DNA of 61,912 nucleotides, the filler included, from Globobulimina sp. (lineage: Eukaryota): the NCBI GenBank assembly GCA_003354225.1. It is 17 parts of 17 records of this genome, joined end to end, with 100 filler letters (N's around TTAATTAATTAA, not from the genome) between each part and the next. Parts side by side here need not be neighbours in the genome. Positions count along the whole stretch, not along the records: positions 36,498 to 40,043 come from PIVH01002536.1; positions 40,144 to 43,689 come from PIVH01002537.1; positions 43,790 to 47,335 come from PIVH01002538.1; positions 47,436 to 50,980 come from PIVH01002539.1; 13 more parts are not named here. One strand, written 5' to 3'. The notes beneath the pieces were generated by a model that saw only the letters and a list, made by a program, of their open reading frames with translations, searched no databases and was not told the DNA's origin. The position numbers and the translations under genes are program-made. Of this stretch, positions 36,498 to 48,046 are shown one piece after another. Positions within the stretch are counted from its first letter, which is position 1; each line of letters begins with the position of its first letter.

Positions 36498-38524
36498 AGA
36501 TAAGAGAGGATGATGGGGCCTATATCTGCACCAAATCTTTGCAACACAATTTCTTTTGTAACAGGGTACCATTGAATGGAATCATAAAAACTATAACATT
36601 CCTCCAGGAATGGGATTACATCGTCATTCCATTTGTTAACTTGAGAAACCCCCGGCGCCACATGCCATAGCCACCGATGTGTCCGACACACGAAAACACC
36701 CAACACCAACAACAGCAAATGCAATAAAACATAAAATGTCAACATTGATAACTCAAATACATGCATTTTAAACCACAAATCATAATAATACAAATATCCA
36801 ATAATAAAGTATGGATAGAGTACACTCGCTATTCTACTCAATACATAAACTGGTAAACTTATATAAAGTATCAACAGTAAAGCTGCACACCACAAAACAG
36901 TACATATTGACTGGAATTTGCGCGTCCAATCAAATTGATCAATACATTCTTTTTTAAACTCATCAAAGCCAGAACAATATGTTTTGATTCCCGTTTTAAA
37001 CAGATTCGCACGTTTGGGCTTATGACAGTTATTGCGAATATCTGTATACTTGACTTGATGCAATGTCTCCTTTTCTTTTCGTGCCAATATATATTTTCCT
37101 AATCTATCCTCAGAATTATACGCATAATTCACACATAATATTCTGACGATTCGGTCATTATTCCGATATGAAGCACCACCAATAAAATACAACAATTTCT
37201 TAATTATATCCGCAACTTTTTGCTCCGTATAATCCCATCGATCCACCGTCAAAAATAACCACACAAACACAGCCACAATGGTAAAACATAGAATTTCTGC
37301 GACCAGAAATATAATAAATGAGAGCACACAATATATGAAAATCAGTGCCGCATTGCCCAGCGTTAGAAACAAAAGCAACATTAATATCTGGTACCACCAT
37401 GGTTCATCGCTATTTTCTTTAATAATGCCATATATTATGAACAACATTGCAACCGCAACGTAGGCCACTGCCACGAACAAAATTGGAGCTATTATGGCTA
37501 AGCCTACCTTCCAACACCAAACTTGCCCAATGATGCTAAAATGGCCTAAGAAAGTACCGTTGACGTATTCATTCGACAGAAATATCCATGAAACCACAAA
37601 AAAAATGCTAAAAAAATCAGTACAGACCGCTAACCACGTAAATAAAAAGGATTTCCACTCAATTCCTTGACTGATCACTAATGATTTGGTCATGATAGAC
37701 GTCATTGATAATATAATTGAACCGACAGAGATCAAATTGGTTTGTTTCAAATAAACCATGGCAATTAACTGCAAAATGCTTTGTGGCAATGCCTCCAGGA
37801 ACGCCTCCAAAATAAAGCCGCCGTGTTTGTTGATCTTTTTTGCGGTGAATTTTGCCATTTCACTCCAATGCTCTTCGAGTGGGATATTTGTTCTTTTTTT
37901 TATGCCAACTTTGTCAGTGATGCATTGCGCGAACGCGGATTCTTCGTTTTCTGCAAAATACATTAAGAAAGAGACCAAATGTCCAAAGGGTAATAATAAG
38001 ACAAATAATGAGATTGCTGCGGCGGCCAAGATAATGAGGGTTAATATGATAGCAATGGCTTCAAATATTTTGTTACATATCTTGCATGCTTTGCTGTTGC
38101 ATTCGCATTGACATTTGCAACGATCCAGACATTTCAAAAAATAATCGCAACATTTACAACATAATGTACATTCACACGAACAACAAACATTGACTGCATT
38201 TTCGATGAAATCTTCAATCTCGAAACTAAAAATAAAGACCATCAAATATCCAATTTGAGCTATTATTAAAATGGTGAACGAAATCCAGAAAAATGTCATT
38301 TGATTGGAGTTGTAAAATGAGACTAAAACCATTAGATCGGTGGTTACATCGGCAACGGAAATAAAAATAGTCAAAATATCATAAAAATTATTGAAACATT
38401 TGGCAACAAATTTATCACGCTGTGAGTGGTCGTGTTGGTTTGCAACCAAAGACGCCGGCAATGTTATAGTATGTGTATCGGCAGGATCTTCTACTTCCGC
38501 TATTTTTGTTTCTTCAGCTATCAT
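36498..38524 (-). CDS. XK-related (Xkr scramblase-like) multipass membrane protein (3' truncated)
   Basis: ISVADVTTDLMVL...FFWISFTIL and ILEAFLEALPQSILQLIA are XK-family motifs. It has a Cys-rich cytoplasmic loop. Confidence 0.8.
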
Positions 38525-38578
38525 CCTAGTGAGTAGTGAAATTTTTTTTAAGTTGTAATCATTTCGCAATGTGATGCG

Positions 38579-39616
38579 ATGGCAGCTTTTACAGAGATTA
38601 TGCAAAACTTGAAAGATATTGAAACAGAAATGGACACTGTATCGGAAACAGTGATCACCGAATATTGCACATTAATCAATTTTTTTAACAATCCATCTGA
38701 GGAAAATCGAAGAAACACAGCAAACATATTAAGCAGAAATAAAATAAATTCAGAAAAACAAGAAAGAAATAAAAATAATAATAATAAAAGCAAGAAAAAA
38801 AAATGTAATATGAGCAGATCAAGAATAACAAACAAAATAAATTCAAATTCAATTAAATCCAATGCATTATCACCATCGCCATCAGCATCAGACTCAAATT
38901 CATATTCATCATCATCTCCATCATTGGAAATATTAAATATTAATTTTAAAAAAAGAAAAGATTCAAATTATTCCAACGTTTCATTTATTTCAAATCATTC
39001 AAATCGTTCAAATTATTCAAACATTTCAAATATAGAAATTGAAGAAAAATGGAAATCAGTGAATGAAGCGTTGAATAAAAATAATTTAGAAAACTTTTGT
39101 TTAAATACAACAAATATGTTGCAATTATCAAACAAATCTAAAAAATCAAAGAAATTGTGTCGATCAAAACGGATAATGTTAAAAAATTGTAATAAAGAAG
39201 AAGAAGATGAGAACAGTTCAGATTCAGAGCATGAAACAAATAAAAATAAAAATAATAAAAAATTAATGGAACATAATTTGTGTAAAATAGAAGAAATTGA
39301 AATATCAGATTGTGAATTTGGTGAATCATTATCTCAATCGACAATTGGTGATAGTAATAGGAAACGAATAGCAAAATGGTGCGACTCCCGACAGAAAATA
39401 GCAATAAATAACAGGAAAAATATAATTATAAATCCTGAAATTTATTTTGGAAATAAAACGAATGTAATAATTGATTTGAAGAAAATGTTTGGTTCAGCTT
39501 TGATTGATAAAAACGATAAAAGAAAAAAGAAATTCAAACCAAACTCAAATTGGGTTGGCGATAAACTCACAAAACAACAAAATTTAAAATATTTAAAATT
39601 TATGAACTGGTTTTAA
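38579..39616 (+). CDS. INCENP: INCENP-like protein (C-terminal IN-box, Aurora-B binding)
   Basis: C-terminal RIAKWC...INPEIYFG...DLKKMFG...NSNWVGDKLT...Y..M follows the IN-box consensus (IPxWA...dPxxiFg...dLxeiF...SxxWxxDxLT). The middle is low-complexity and S/N/K-rich. Confidence 0.7.
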   Translation: MAAFTEIMQNLKDIETEMDTVSETVITEYCTLINFFNNPSEENRRNTANILSRNKINSEKQERNKNNNNKSKKKKCNMSRSRITNKINSNSIKSNALSPSPSASDSNSYSSSSPSLEILNINFKKRKDSNYSNVSFISNHSNRSNYSNISNIEIEEKWKSVNEALNKNNLENFCLNTTNMLQLSNKSKKSKKLCRSKRIMLKNCNKEEEDENSSDSEHETNKNKNNKKLMEHNLCKIEEIEISDCEFGESLSQSTIGDSNRKRIAKWCDSRQKIAINNRKNIIINPEIYFGNKTNVIIDLKKMFGSALIDKNDKRKKKFKPNSNWVGDKLTKQQNLKYLKFMNWF

Positions 39617-39716
39617 TGATTTCTTCAATTTTTACTCGCAACATAAATAAAATACGGAAATGAAATATAAAATGTAAATTTCAACAATAATCATACACAA
39701 ATATCGAGATACTTTC

Positions 39717-40043
39717 TCAATTCAAAATGCCAAAATCTATTTTTCTTAAACTTTGCTCAAAGATCTCCCAATCAGTTAAAGACACACTCTTCGCGTAACC
39801 ATATTTGCCAATGAAATCAAATAAGAGATATTCTGCGCAGTCAGTATAGTTAGCACCTGCAGCACCCACCAGTTCCCCAACCAAGCCTTGCCGGGCTAGT
39901 AATGGATCAGAAAATATCCTGCCACGTTTACGATCACTATAATTCTCCCTCACCTTCAAAGCTTTTGATCTTTGACAAAATATATTAACTTTATCTGCAT
40001 TGAACAATATATTCCCGCTTACATCCAACAAAATATCTTCATG
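39717..40043 (-). CDS. 3' end of an unidentified gene
   Basis: Open frame from the contig edge to a stop, with protein-like composition. Confidence 0.45.
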   Translation of the reverse strand, partial: HEDILLDVSGNILFNADKVNIFCQRSKALKVRENYSDRKRGRIFSDPLLARQGLVGELVGAAGANYTDCAEYLLFDFIGKYGYAKSVSLTDWEIFEQSLRKIDFGILN

Positions 40044-40406
40044 NNNNNNNNNNNNNNNNNNNNNNNNNNNNNNNNNNNNNNNNNNNNTTAATTAATTAAN
40101 NNNNNNNNNNNNNNNNNNNNNNNNNNNNNNNNNNNNNNNNNNNATCCGGATGATGATAAAACTGCTAATTCTTCCAATTCTTCTTCCTCGATTTCAAGTT
40201 CTGAGTGATCGGTTAAACCATTTGGGTTTCCTGGACTGCTGATTCTTAATAAATTTGCCTGGCTTTGACTGTGTGTTAATGCCCTCTGCGGATCGCCATC
40301 ACCAAAATATAAATTTAATTGAGCGTCAATTCGCGTAGTCATATGTATATATTGTTTTTTTTTAATTATGATACTTTAATTATGTAATACTTATATAATA
40401 TGTCAG

Positions 40407-42821
40407 GGAATTCAAACATTAGCACGAATTGCTCATTGCTATCAGATTCGATCCGCATTCAATGCAATAATCCATGCATTATGTAACCATTTAATGCTAT
40501 GTTTGTTGCAATTTGCCACACAAAATGAATTATTGCCGGCAACATTTGATTCGCGAATTAATGATAATAGAAATTCAAGTTTATCCTCAATACATTCGAC
40601 TGACTTAACCAATGATAATAATACATCAACAATATCTGTGCCCTATTTCCTATCAGCAACACCAACAAATATTGACCAATTAGATGATAATGAACAGGAT
40701 TCAGACATTTTGCCCATTGATATGCGCATTATGTATACCATTAAAATATTTTTTGAATTAGTGAAAGATTATGGCGGTTTATTGCTAACTGATGGTTGGT
40801 CATCGGTGATGAAGGTCATTTTGTGGTTATTTCATTTGGATTTAATACCATTGACAATATTTGAAATGGAGGATTTCACAGATTCGCAAGGCGTACCGCT
40901 GCCATCTTTATCTGATCCACAAAATGATGATAAATCAAATACAAATAATGAAGATTCTGCTGTAAATGTATTAACTTCGTGGATTTCAACTGCATTTGGC
41001 TCAATATTTTTGCCTGAAACTGCAGATATAGAAGAAAATAAAATTAATGATGGTATGTATTTAAATGAATTAAATCAAGAAGAAAAAACAAGCGATGTTA
41101 ATAGTACTGCTATAAACAATGACGATGATCAAGAAAATGAAGAGCAGCATGATCCAAAATGTCAAAGTATAATCAATTCGGTCAATGAATGCAAAATTGG
41201 TTTAATATTTACTGCGTCAAATATATATCATATTAATTCGTTTATTCATTTTGTACGTACATTAATATCATTATCCAACATAGCGAGCATATCAAATATA
41301 ACAAATATAAATAAAGCAGATCCAGAAAATCAAGATGAAAAAGAGCAAAATCATGAGCCAGTCTCAGCCGTCACAAGCCATACCATCACGTCTTTAGATC
41401 CTTTACCAATAAAAACATCACAATTGAATAAAAAAGCGGCATCAAAATATTCCAATATGGAGGATGTTATATGTTTGCCATTAACTATTGATATGAAAAT
41501 ATTTTGTTTAGAGAGATTGTCTCAAGTTTTATCAGCAAATATAAATAGAATCAATAAAGTGTGGCTATCCATCACGGATCATTTTAAATCTCTAATAATG
41601 TCAAATGTGAATGATAATGATAATGATAGTAATATTGATGTGATCCGTCATAGTCAGTATTTTATTGAACGTATTACCGTAAATATATTAAAATTATGTG
41701 TTGAATTAACAGAACAGGCAGAGAGTAATACTGATTCTAACCATTTAATCGGAAATGTCGGCAAATTCTTTGAACTATTTTTAAATTTGGAAGATAACGT
41801 ATTATTTATTGTTGGTCGACGAATTATTGCTGGCATCAAATTGTTATTAAACATACAAAATGATAAAAGAAATACATTGCAATGCTTTAAAACAGAGAAA
41901 GACTGGGAAATTATATTATATTTAATGAAAAGATTTGGAACAAATAAATATTATAAATTATTCTGTTTGGATGCTTTTCATTTAATTGAATTAATATCCA
42001 GCAAACATTTAAATGAAATTAATTTTAAATATGTGTTGAATGTGTTGGTAAATTTTGGTAAATATTCGCATAAACAAACGAATGAATCACCGATCCATAA
42101 CACACGTTGTATTGAGATTATATTAGATATACATTCCAGATTAATATTTATAAGCAATAATAACGAAATTAAATTTGGTCAAATGTGGCATAAAACTTTA
42201 TCAACAATTTCATCATTCATAACCAATAAAGATTACAAAACAAGAAATATTGCAATAAATTCTTTGCATAAAGCATTATTACAACACGAATATGATCCAA
42301 ATATTAACAATAAATTGACTGAAGCAAAAATATTATTATTCCAAACTGCATTATTCCCCGTTTTATTGACCTTGACAAAAATTGAAAATGCAAATAAAAG
42401 TGAATCAAATGAATCCATTAAAATTAAAAAAAACACAAATAAAAATAATGATGATTTAAGGATAAAATGTGTAACATTAATATTTAAAGTATTTTTACGC
42501 GAAATTAATACATTTATTCAATACGATAATGAGTTTACTAGATTGTGGTATAAATTTTTAGAAACAATACGTGATTTTATCAATATGGTGAAACAGGATA
42601 AACGGCACGGATCAAATATAATTACTCACACTCAAGAATCTTTAAAAAATATTATTTTAGTCTTTCAATCAAACAATTTCTTCCAGATATTGTCCGATAA
42701 CACAAATAGCGATGTTTGGAATGAGACTTGGAACATTTTAGATGATGTTGCTACAAACTCTTTAAAACAAGAATTCGATACAAACTCTTTACAAAAACAA
42801 GAATTCAACACAGATTCTTGA
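40407..42821 (+). CDS. GBF1: GBF1/GNOM/Gea-type large ArfGEF, C-terminal (HDS) region; terminal exon of a truncated gene
   Basis: An AG acceptor at 40406 opens the frame. Motifs: GWSSVMKVILWL...LIP, FCLERL..V...NINRI..VW, FIERITVNILKL, RNIAINSLHKAL, FTRLWYKFL and ESLKNIILV...WNETW. Confidence 0.8.
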   Translation, partial: GIQTLARIAHCYQIRSAFNAIIHALCNHLMLCLLQFATQNELLPATFDSRINDNRNSSLSSIHSTDLTNDNNTSTISVPYFLSATPTNIDQLDDNEQDSDILPIDMRIMYTIKIFFELVKDYGGLLLTDGWSSVMKVILWLFHLDLIPLTIFEMEDFTDSQGVPLPSLSDPQNDDKSNTNNEDSAVNVLTSWISTAFGSIFLPETADIEENKINDGMYLNELNQEEKTSDVNSTAINNDDDQENEEQHDPKCQSIINSVNECKIGLIFTASNIYHINSFIHFVRTLISLSNIASISNITNINKADPENQDEKEQNHEPVSAVTSHTITSLDPLPIKTSQLNKKAASKYSNMEDVICLPLTIDMKIFCLERLSQVLSANINRINKVWLSITDHFKSLIMSNVNDNDNDSNIDVIRHSQYFIERITVNILKLCVELTEQAESNTDSNHLIGNVGKFFELFLNLEDNVLFIVGRRIIAGIKLLLNIQNDKRNTLQCFKTEKDWEIILYLMKRFGTNKYYKLFCLDAFHLIELISSKHLNEINFKYVLNVLVNFGKYSHKQTNESPIHNTRCIEIILDIHSRLIFISNNNEIKFGQMWHKTLSTISSFITNKDYKTRNIAINSLHKALLQHEYDPNINNKLTEAKILLFQTALFPVLLTLTKIENANKSESNESIKIKKNTNKNNDDLRIKCVTLIFKVFLREINTFIQYDNEFTRLWYKFLETIRDFINMVKQDKRHGSNIITHTQESLKNIILVFQSNNFFQILSDNTNSDVWNETWNILDDVATNSLKQEFDTNSLQKQEFNTDS

Positions 42822-43061
42822 TCCTCAATCTATGACATTTCAGCACCAATATCTAATATAATTTTTGTTTTGTCAGAAATGGTGTTTCATCCTAGCTCAC
42901 GTACATAATAATATATGTTACTTTCAAATTGTAATTTGCTATCTTTCTGTTTCTTAATTGAGGCCTTAATATTTTAACTTTTACAAAAAATAGATTATTA
43001 TTTGCATTGGATTTTTTTTTTGTTTGAATGGCCTCAATTCAGTTTCAGCCAAACTACTTGA

Positions 43062-43254
43062 CTTTTTAGGTTCACTTCTTCTGAGAAATGCTTGCAAATC
43101 CAGAAACGGTTTGCTATAGATTTGTCTTGGGTTTATTCTGTGTTTGTTATAACTTTGTCTTGGGTTTGCAAATCCAGAACAAAGTCAAAACAAATTTATA
43201 ATTGAATTTTCGGTATACAAAGGGTGTTCACAAAAGAAGTGTGAACCTAAAAAG
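43062..43254. mobile_element. Putative MITE (about 193 bp) with about 20-bp terminal inverted repeats
   Basis: ctttttaggttcacttctt at 43062 pairs with aagaagtgtgaacctaaaaag ending at 43254. Internal duplicated motifs tttgtcttgggttt and gcaaatccagaa. Confidence 0.55.
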
Positions 43255-43431
43255 CTTAAATAAATCTTTCTGACGTGTTGGTTTAAAGATCAACTAATCA
43301 ACTAATCAACTAATCTCATCAAGCAAAGAAAACAAATCACAAGTCAGAATTTGTGTTGCAAAAAAATTCCTGAAATCTGAAATCACTTTTACTGAATAAG
43401 AAAAACTAAAAAGATAAGATTCGAATAGAAA

Positions 43432-43504
43432 TGGAGTACCCGGGTTTCGATCCCGGTGCCTTAACGTTGCGAACGTTACGCGCTTCCGATTGCGCCAGTA
43501 CCCC
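43432..43504 (-). tRNA. tRNA-Ala (anticodon CGC)
   Basis: GGGGTAC-TG-GCGC-AATCGGAA-GCGC-G-TAACG-TTCGCAA-CGTTA-AGGCA-CCGGG-ATCGAAA-CCCGG-GTACTCC-A. Full 73-nt cloverleaf with the G3:U70 alanine determinant and discriminator A. Confidence 0.95.
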
Positions 43505-43789
43505 CACAATATTTCCTTAATTACTTGTATGAATGCATTATTTGCATGTCATATATAAACATCTGGTTTATCATCGTCATGAGTTCATGGGAACACACAT
43601 CTTATTTATACTGTACATGTGAACATATATATATATATATATAAATGCTGTTTTTAAGCACTTAACATTCTATAATCATCCAAGTATTCNNNNNNNNNNN
43701 NNNNNNNNNNNNNNNNNNNNNNNNNNNNNNNNNTTAATTAATTAANNNNNNNNNNNNNNNNNNNNNNNNNNNNNNNNNNNNNNNNNNNN

Positions 43790-43860
43790 CCTAGCTCAAG
43801 GAGAGCACTGTATGGTATTGATACATACAGAAGATTCAGGTTCAAATCCTGAGGCGACCT
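43790..43860 (+). ncRNA. tRNA-like element with an extended anticodon arm (5' clipped by the contig edge)
   Basis: CC-TA-GCTC-AAGGA-GAGC-A-CTGTATG-(9 nt)-CATACAG-AAGAT-TCAGG-TTCAAAT-CCTGA-GGCGACC-T. A-box and B-box are present and the D and T stems pair. Confidence 0.6.
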
Positions 43861-44077
43861 CAAGCAATACAAATAAATGGGGAAAGCAATGAAATAAATG
43901 GGGGGAAATTTGGTTGGCAATTATCAGCCACCAAATTCAAGCAAAGCTTCCTGAGTTGAGTAACAAATCATAGAATTACTCAGAAATTCTCCACTTTCGA
44001 ATGGTAATTATTCAGATTTTTTTATGAGTGCGTACGTTCATGAATATTATTACAAAAATTAAATAGTTATATTAATT

Positions 44078-47000
44078 TTACGGAGTTTCATCAAATGTAA
44101 ATGTAATCAAATACAATGGAAGAGACTGTGCGTTATCAAATGTGACAAACATTGAAGGCTTATCAACATGGTCAACAACAGAATCGTACAATTTGCTATC
44201 ATTATTATTTGGCATTATTTTGGGCGGTCTTCTCAATCCCGATGATCCCTTACAAAATGAGCCAGCTTTAACCGCACATAAAAACATATATTTTACCATT
44301 CGACCAATGATTGCATCCACTTGTGATTGCTTACAAAATTGTGCAGCATACGATGCATAAACAGCAAAATATGATCCATTCCCATATTTTGTGCCATTAT
44401 CACCATGTAATCGGAAATCTGTTCCTTCACTGATAATACCACTCACATTCAATGGCCGTGTACCATGAAATAACAATAATTGATTATCGATTCCATTCAA
44501 ACAATTATTATATCTTTGTTGGTTGTCAATATTTTGTATTCTTTCAATGCGATGGATCTCTAAACCTCCACTCATTCCACGATTCTTCATCAACTCACAA
44601 ATCGCGTTATATTCCATTTTATGCCGTTGTTTATCTAATTGATATCGCTTGCAATTTCCGCCTGAACTCATCCAAAACGACGACCATCCCCTCATTTTCT
44701 GTCGATGTAAGGGGGTTAAACTTATTCTACGTTGCACTCTAAACCCATTTCGATCATGTAATCTTATTTTCTTTTTATATAAACCTAATTTATTGAATCG
44801 AATGTCATAATGGCCGCTACCATAATTGTGATATACTTTATTCTTATTACGATATGATTGTTCAATTGCTTTTGCCTCATTCGACCCAAATGGAGTCCCG
44901 CCATCCCGATCATTCATAAAATAAATCCATTCAAACGCTTCATGAATAATTCCAATTGTGTTATTTCGGATATTTATGGTTTCGATATTGATGATGCTGT
45001 GCAAATTTCTTGCTATTTGATTTTGTGTTGAGTTTGATTTTTGTTTTGCTTTTGACAAATAATTTTCATATAAATCCTTAAGATTTTTTAAGTCTGTCAT
45101 TACAATATAAGTGGGATTATTATCTAAAATATGATTAATATTTGCTATCGCGTCTTCAAATGATTTTTGTGAGGCGTTTTCAGGTAAACCAGCTAAATTT
45201 TTTGCTGTCTGGGTGCGAAGTGCTTGTTGGGCGCTTCTGCTATGTCCACGATATAACGATGGATTATTGCTGTTGTTATTGTATTGATTGCCCAATGCGG
45301 CTTGTTTTCGCTTCTGTTGATGGCGCGAAACAATGCCAAACGCTGATCCTTGATTTGATGCATTGGTGTTTGCATTTGCTGGATGTGCATAAATATTATT
45401 TTTTCGACGACGATACGAATTCTTGTGTTGGTTAAATCTGTAACGGGAACTTCTTTGCACCGCATTTGCTTGTTTTTTATAATTATTTCTTCTGCCATTA
45501 TTATTTGGATGTTGCTCTTGTAAACATTTCAATTGCCGTTGAATTTGTGGAATTCGACTATTATTTTCTTGATTTATTTGAGATTGAAAATATTGATAAT
45601 GAAGAATAGCAGTTTGATAATATCGTATATTCCAATCAATCTCTTTTCTATTTTGATTATTTATATACTTTGCACCGGATAACAATATTTTGATTCTATC
45701 ATTGGGCTTTGTATTGTTATAAGCCATCACTTCAAAACAAGCGAGTGCAATTTTTGGGAACCACTTTATTTTCGCTTTATTTGCATTCGAATGAATATAC
45801 TTTTTATTGCTAAGTACAGCCACAAATGTTGTTTGGGCATAATAATACTTCTCCTTTTCTCTAAATGCAGTTCCAAGCAAAAATGATATATGTAATGATT
45901 CATAAATATTCATTATTTTCTCCTTTAATTTGAAATATTTCTCTTTCTCTTCAATGATGGTACCATACGATCTCAATACATAATGATCTTTTAGTTCTTG
46001 ATAAATCTCTGCATTCGATTGTTTTTTGATAGTTTGTAATCTTTCATACAATCTTGACTTGACTTTTGTTTTCCGTTTACAATCCTTATCATATTTCATA
46101 GCTTCATCTTTATACTTTTTGTGTTTGTACAGCCATTTAGTTGCAATTTTATTCATTTTCCTGGCACAACTCGCAGCGTTTTGCATTTGTTTCTTTCGTA
46201 AAAAAATATCGGTAATCCATCTTTCAATCTCAAACTGCTGTTTCCGATATTCAATCAAATAAATTGGAGACTGAGCAATACAAAGTTGCACACATTGCCT
46301 GCACTTTGTTTGGAAAACACGCAAACAACGATCAAAATCTTTTAAATGATACAATGTTAACGCCAAATTAAAATATGCATCCAATTCTTTATCAATCAGA
46401 TCATATTTATTTGCTATTCCCGCTGCTTCTGAATAGCACATTTTTGCCCTGTCACATTGATTTAATTCGTCATACGTATGGCCTGAATATCATTGTATTA
46501 ATTATGTACAAATATATTATATTTATATGGGTACTGTACCTAATTCTATTTTTGAATAAGCTCTCTGTTCGTTTATGTCTGTTGCACTCAATGTTTTGTC
46601 CAAAATATACTTATATTTATTATTATTATTCTTTTGTTTTAGTAAATTATTTAAGATATCTAAGGATTGTTTATAATGATCCTTTGATCGAAGTCGGTCC
46701 TCATAACTCCCTCTCTGACGATAACTATGTGCAATATTGGAGGTACAGTAATATCTCCAATGCAAAACCACAGACTGATGCACGGTTTGATAACTCACCA
46801 CTTCATGTTTTAAATATGCATCGTATTCTTGGATGGCTTCATTCCATTTTCGTTTTGAAATTAAATATTTTCCATAATACTCTAAACTCGCAAAATAATA
46901 AAACATTAACATCGAATGTTGTTTATTTATATTCCGCCCTTGTTCTCTGCTACATTTTATAAGATATTTGTTGATGAATTCCTTCCCATCACTGCTTACT

Positions 47001-47101
47001 TCACGGCAATACTCCACTGCATTTTTATGACACTGTCTGATCATTGTATTTGTGCTGCGACCTTTTGGTTCATTATTTTTAATAAATGTCGCTTTATCCA
47101 T
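44078..47101 (-). CDS. TPR - WWE - PARP catalytic domain protein (predicted mono-ADP-ribosyltransferase), 2 exons
   Basis: TPR-like helices (AYSKIELG|HTYDELNQ, AYFNLALTLYHLKDF). WWE-like FEWIYF...AIEQSY...YDIRF...VQRR. PARP motifs LLFHGT, YGNGSYFA and DSVVD...PSMFVTFDNAQSLPLYLITF. Intron at 46483..46539. Confidence 0.88.
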
Positions 47102-47435
47102 TTCTGAATCAGCGATTAATATCTTTGATTTACATATTTTAATGATGCTTTTAATATTATTATTGCTTGGATTTTTATAAGCATCATTTGTCTGTAATAA
47201 GTTTCAAATTATTGTATGAATCAAAACCCAAATCCAACAAAGAATCAATAATATCAACAATGAGAGCATTGATTCAATCACAAACTAAACTGTATTCACT
47301 AAGTGCCTCTCATCCAAATTTTGCAGTGCTTCAATNNNNNNNNNNNNNNNNNNNNNNNNNNNNNNNNNNNNNNNNNNNNTTAATTAATTAANNNNNNNNN
47401 NNNNNNNNNNNNNNNNNNNNNNNNNNNNNNNNNNN

Positions 47436-47753
47436 AGAGATATTGCGGTGACTCGAGCGTCGTTATTGATATTAAGTAAATTTGTAAATGTTTACAATGG
47501 CTTATTTATGAATAATTTAACGGAATTAATGGATTTATTGCATAAATGTTTGAGAGACAATAGATGCAAAATTGTCAAGAGATATGTTGTGAATTTATTG
47601 TCTGAAATTGCGGTTTCTATGAAAAAAGATCAATGGGATTTAAGTAATGACTTAAAACAAAGTTTAACGAAAGAAATTAAAGCTTTTGAGAAAGAAAATC
47701 AAAGTGATAAAAAATGCGCGGGCCGTGCTTATAATATTTATAAAAAATTATAA
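47436..47753 (+). CDS. 3' end of a HEAT/ARM-like helical-repeat protein
   Basis: Open frame from the contig edge with amphipathic helices (LLHKCLRDNRCKIVKRYVVNLLSEIA). Confidence 0.45.
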   Translation, partial: RDIAVTRASLLILSKFVNVYNGLFMNNLTELMDLLHKCLRDNRCKIVKRYVVNLLSEIAVSMKKDQWDLSNDLKQSLTKEIKAFEKENQSDKKCAGRAYNIYKKL

Positions 47754-47925
47754 ATCGCATAAATATTTACTAGTATATATAAAAAGAAAAAAGAAAGAAA
47801 TAATCGAAGCAACAGCTATATTAATTTATTATTAATGTTGTTTGTTTTTATGCGCTTTTGCGCGTTGCGTTTTGTACCTTTGTTTGTGCTAAACTTGTTT
47901 TTTTCTTTTTAGTATTTTTCCAAAT

Positions 47926-48041
47926 AGTTTGTAAAACTGATTGGGATCTTTTTGCATGTATTGTGCTGTTTGTTTTTTAATTTTACGTCTTGCACTTCGA
48001 AAAGAAATGTGTTTGTATACAATCCGCTGATTTGGTATCAC
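47926..48041 (+). repeat. About 116-bp direct repeat, copy 1 (copy 2 at 49970..50086)
   Basis: agtttgtaaaactgattggg...gctgatttggtatcac is near-identical on both sides of the sirtuin gene. Confidence 0.9.
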
Positions 48042-48046
48042 GAAGA

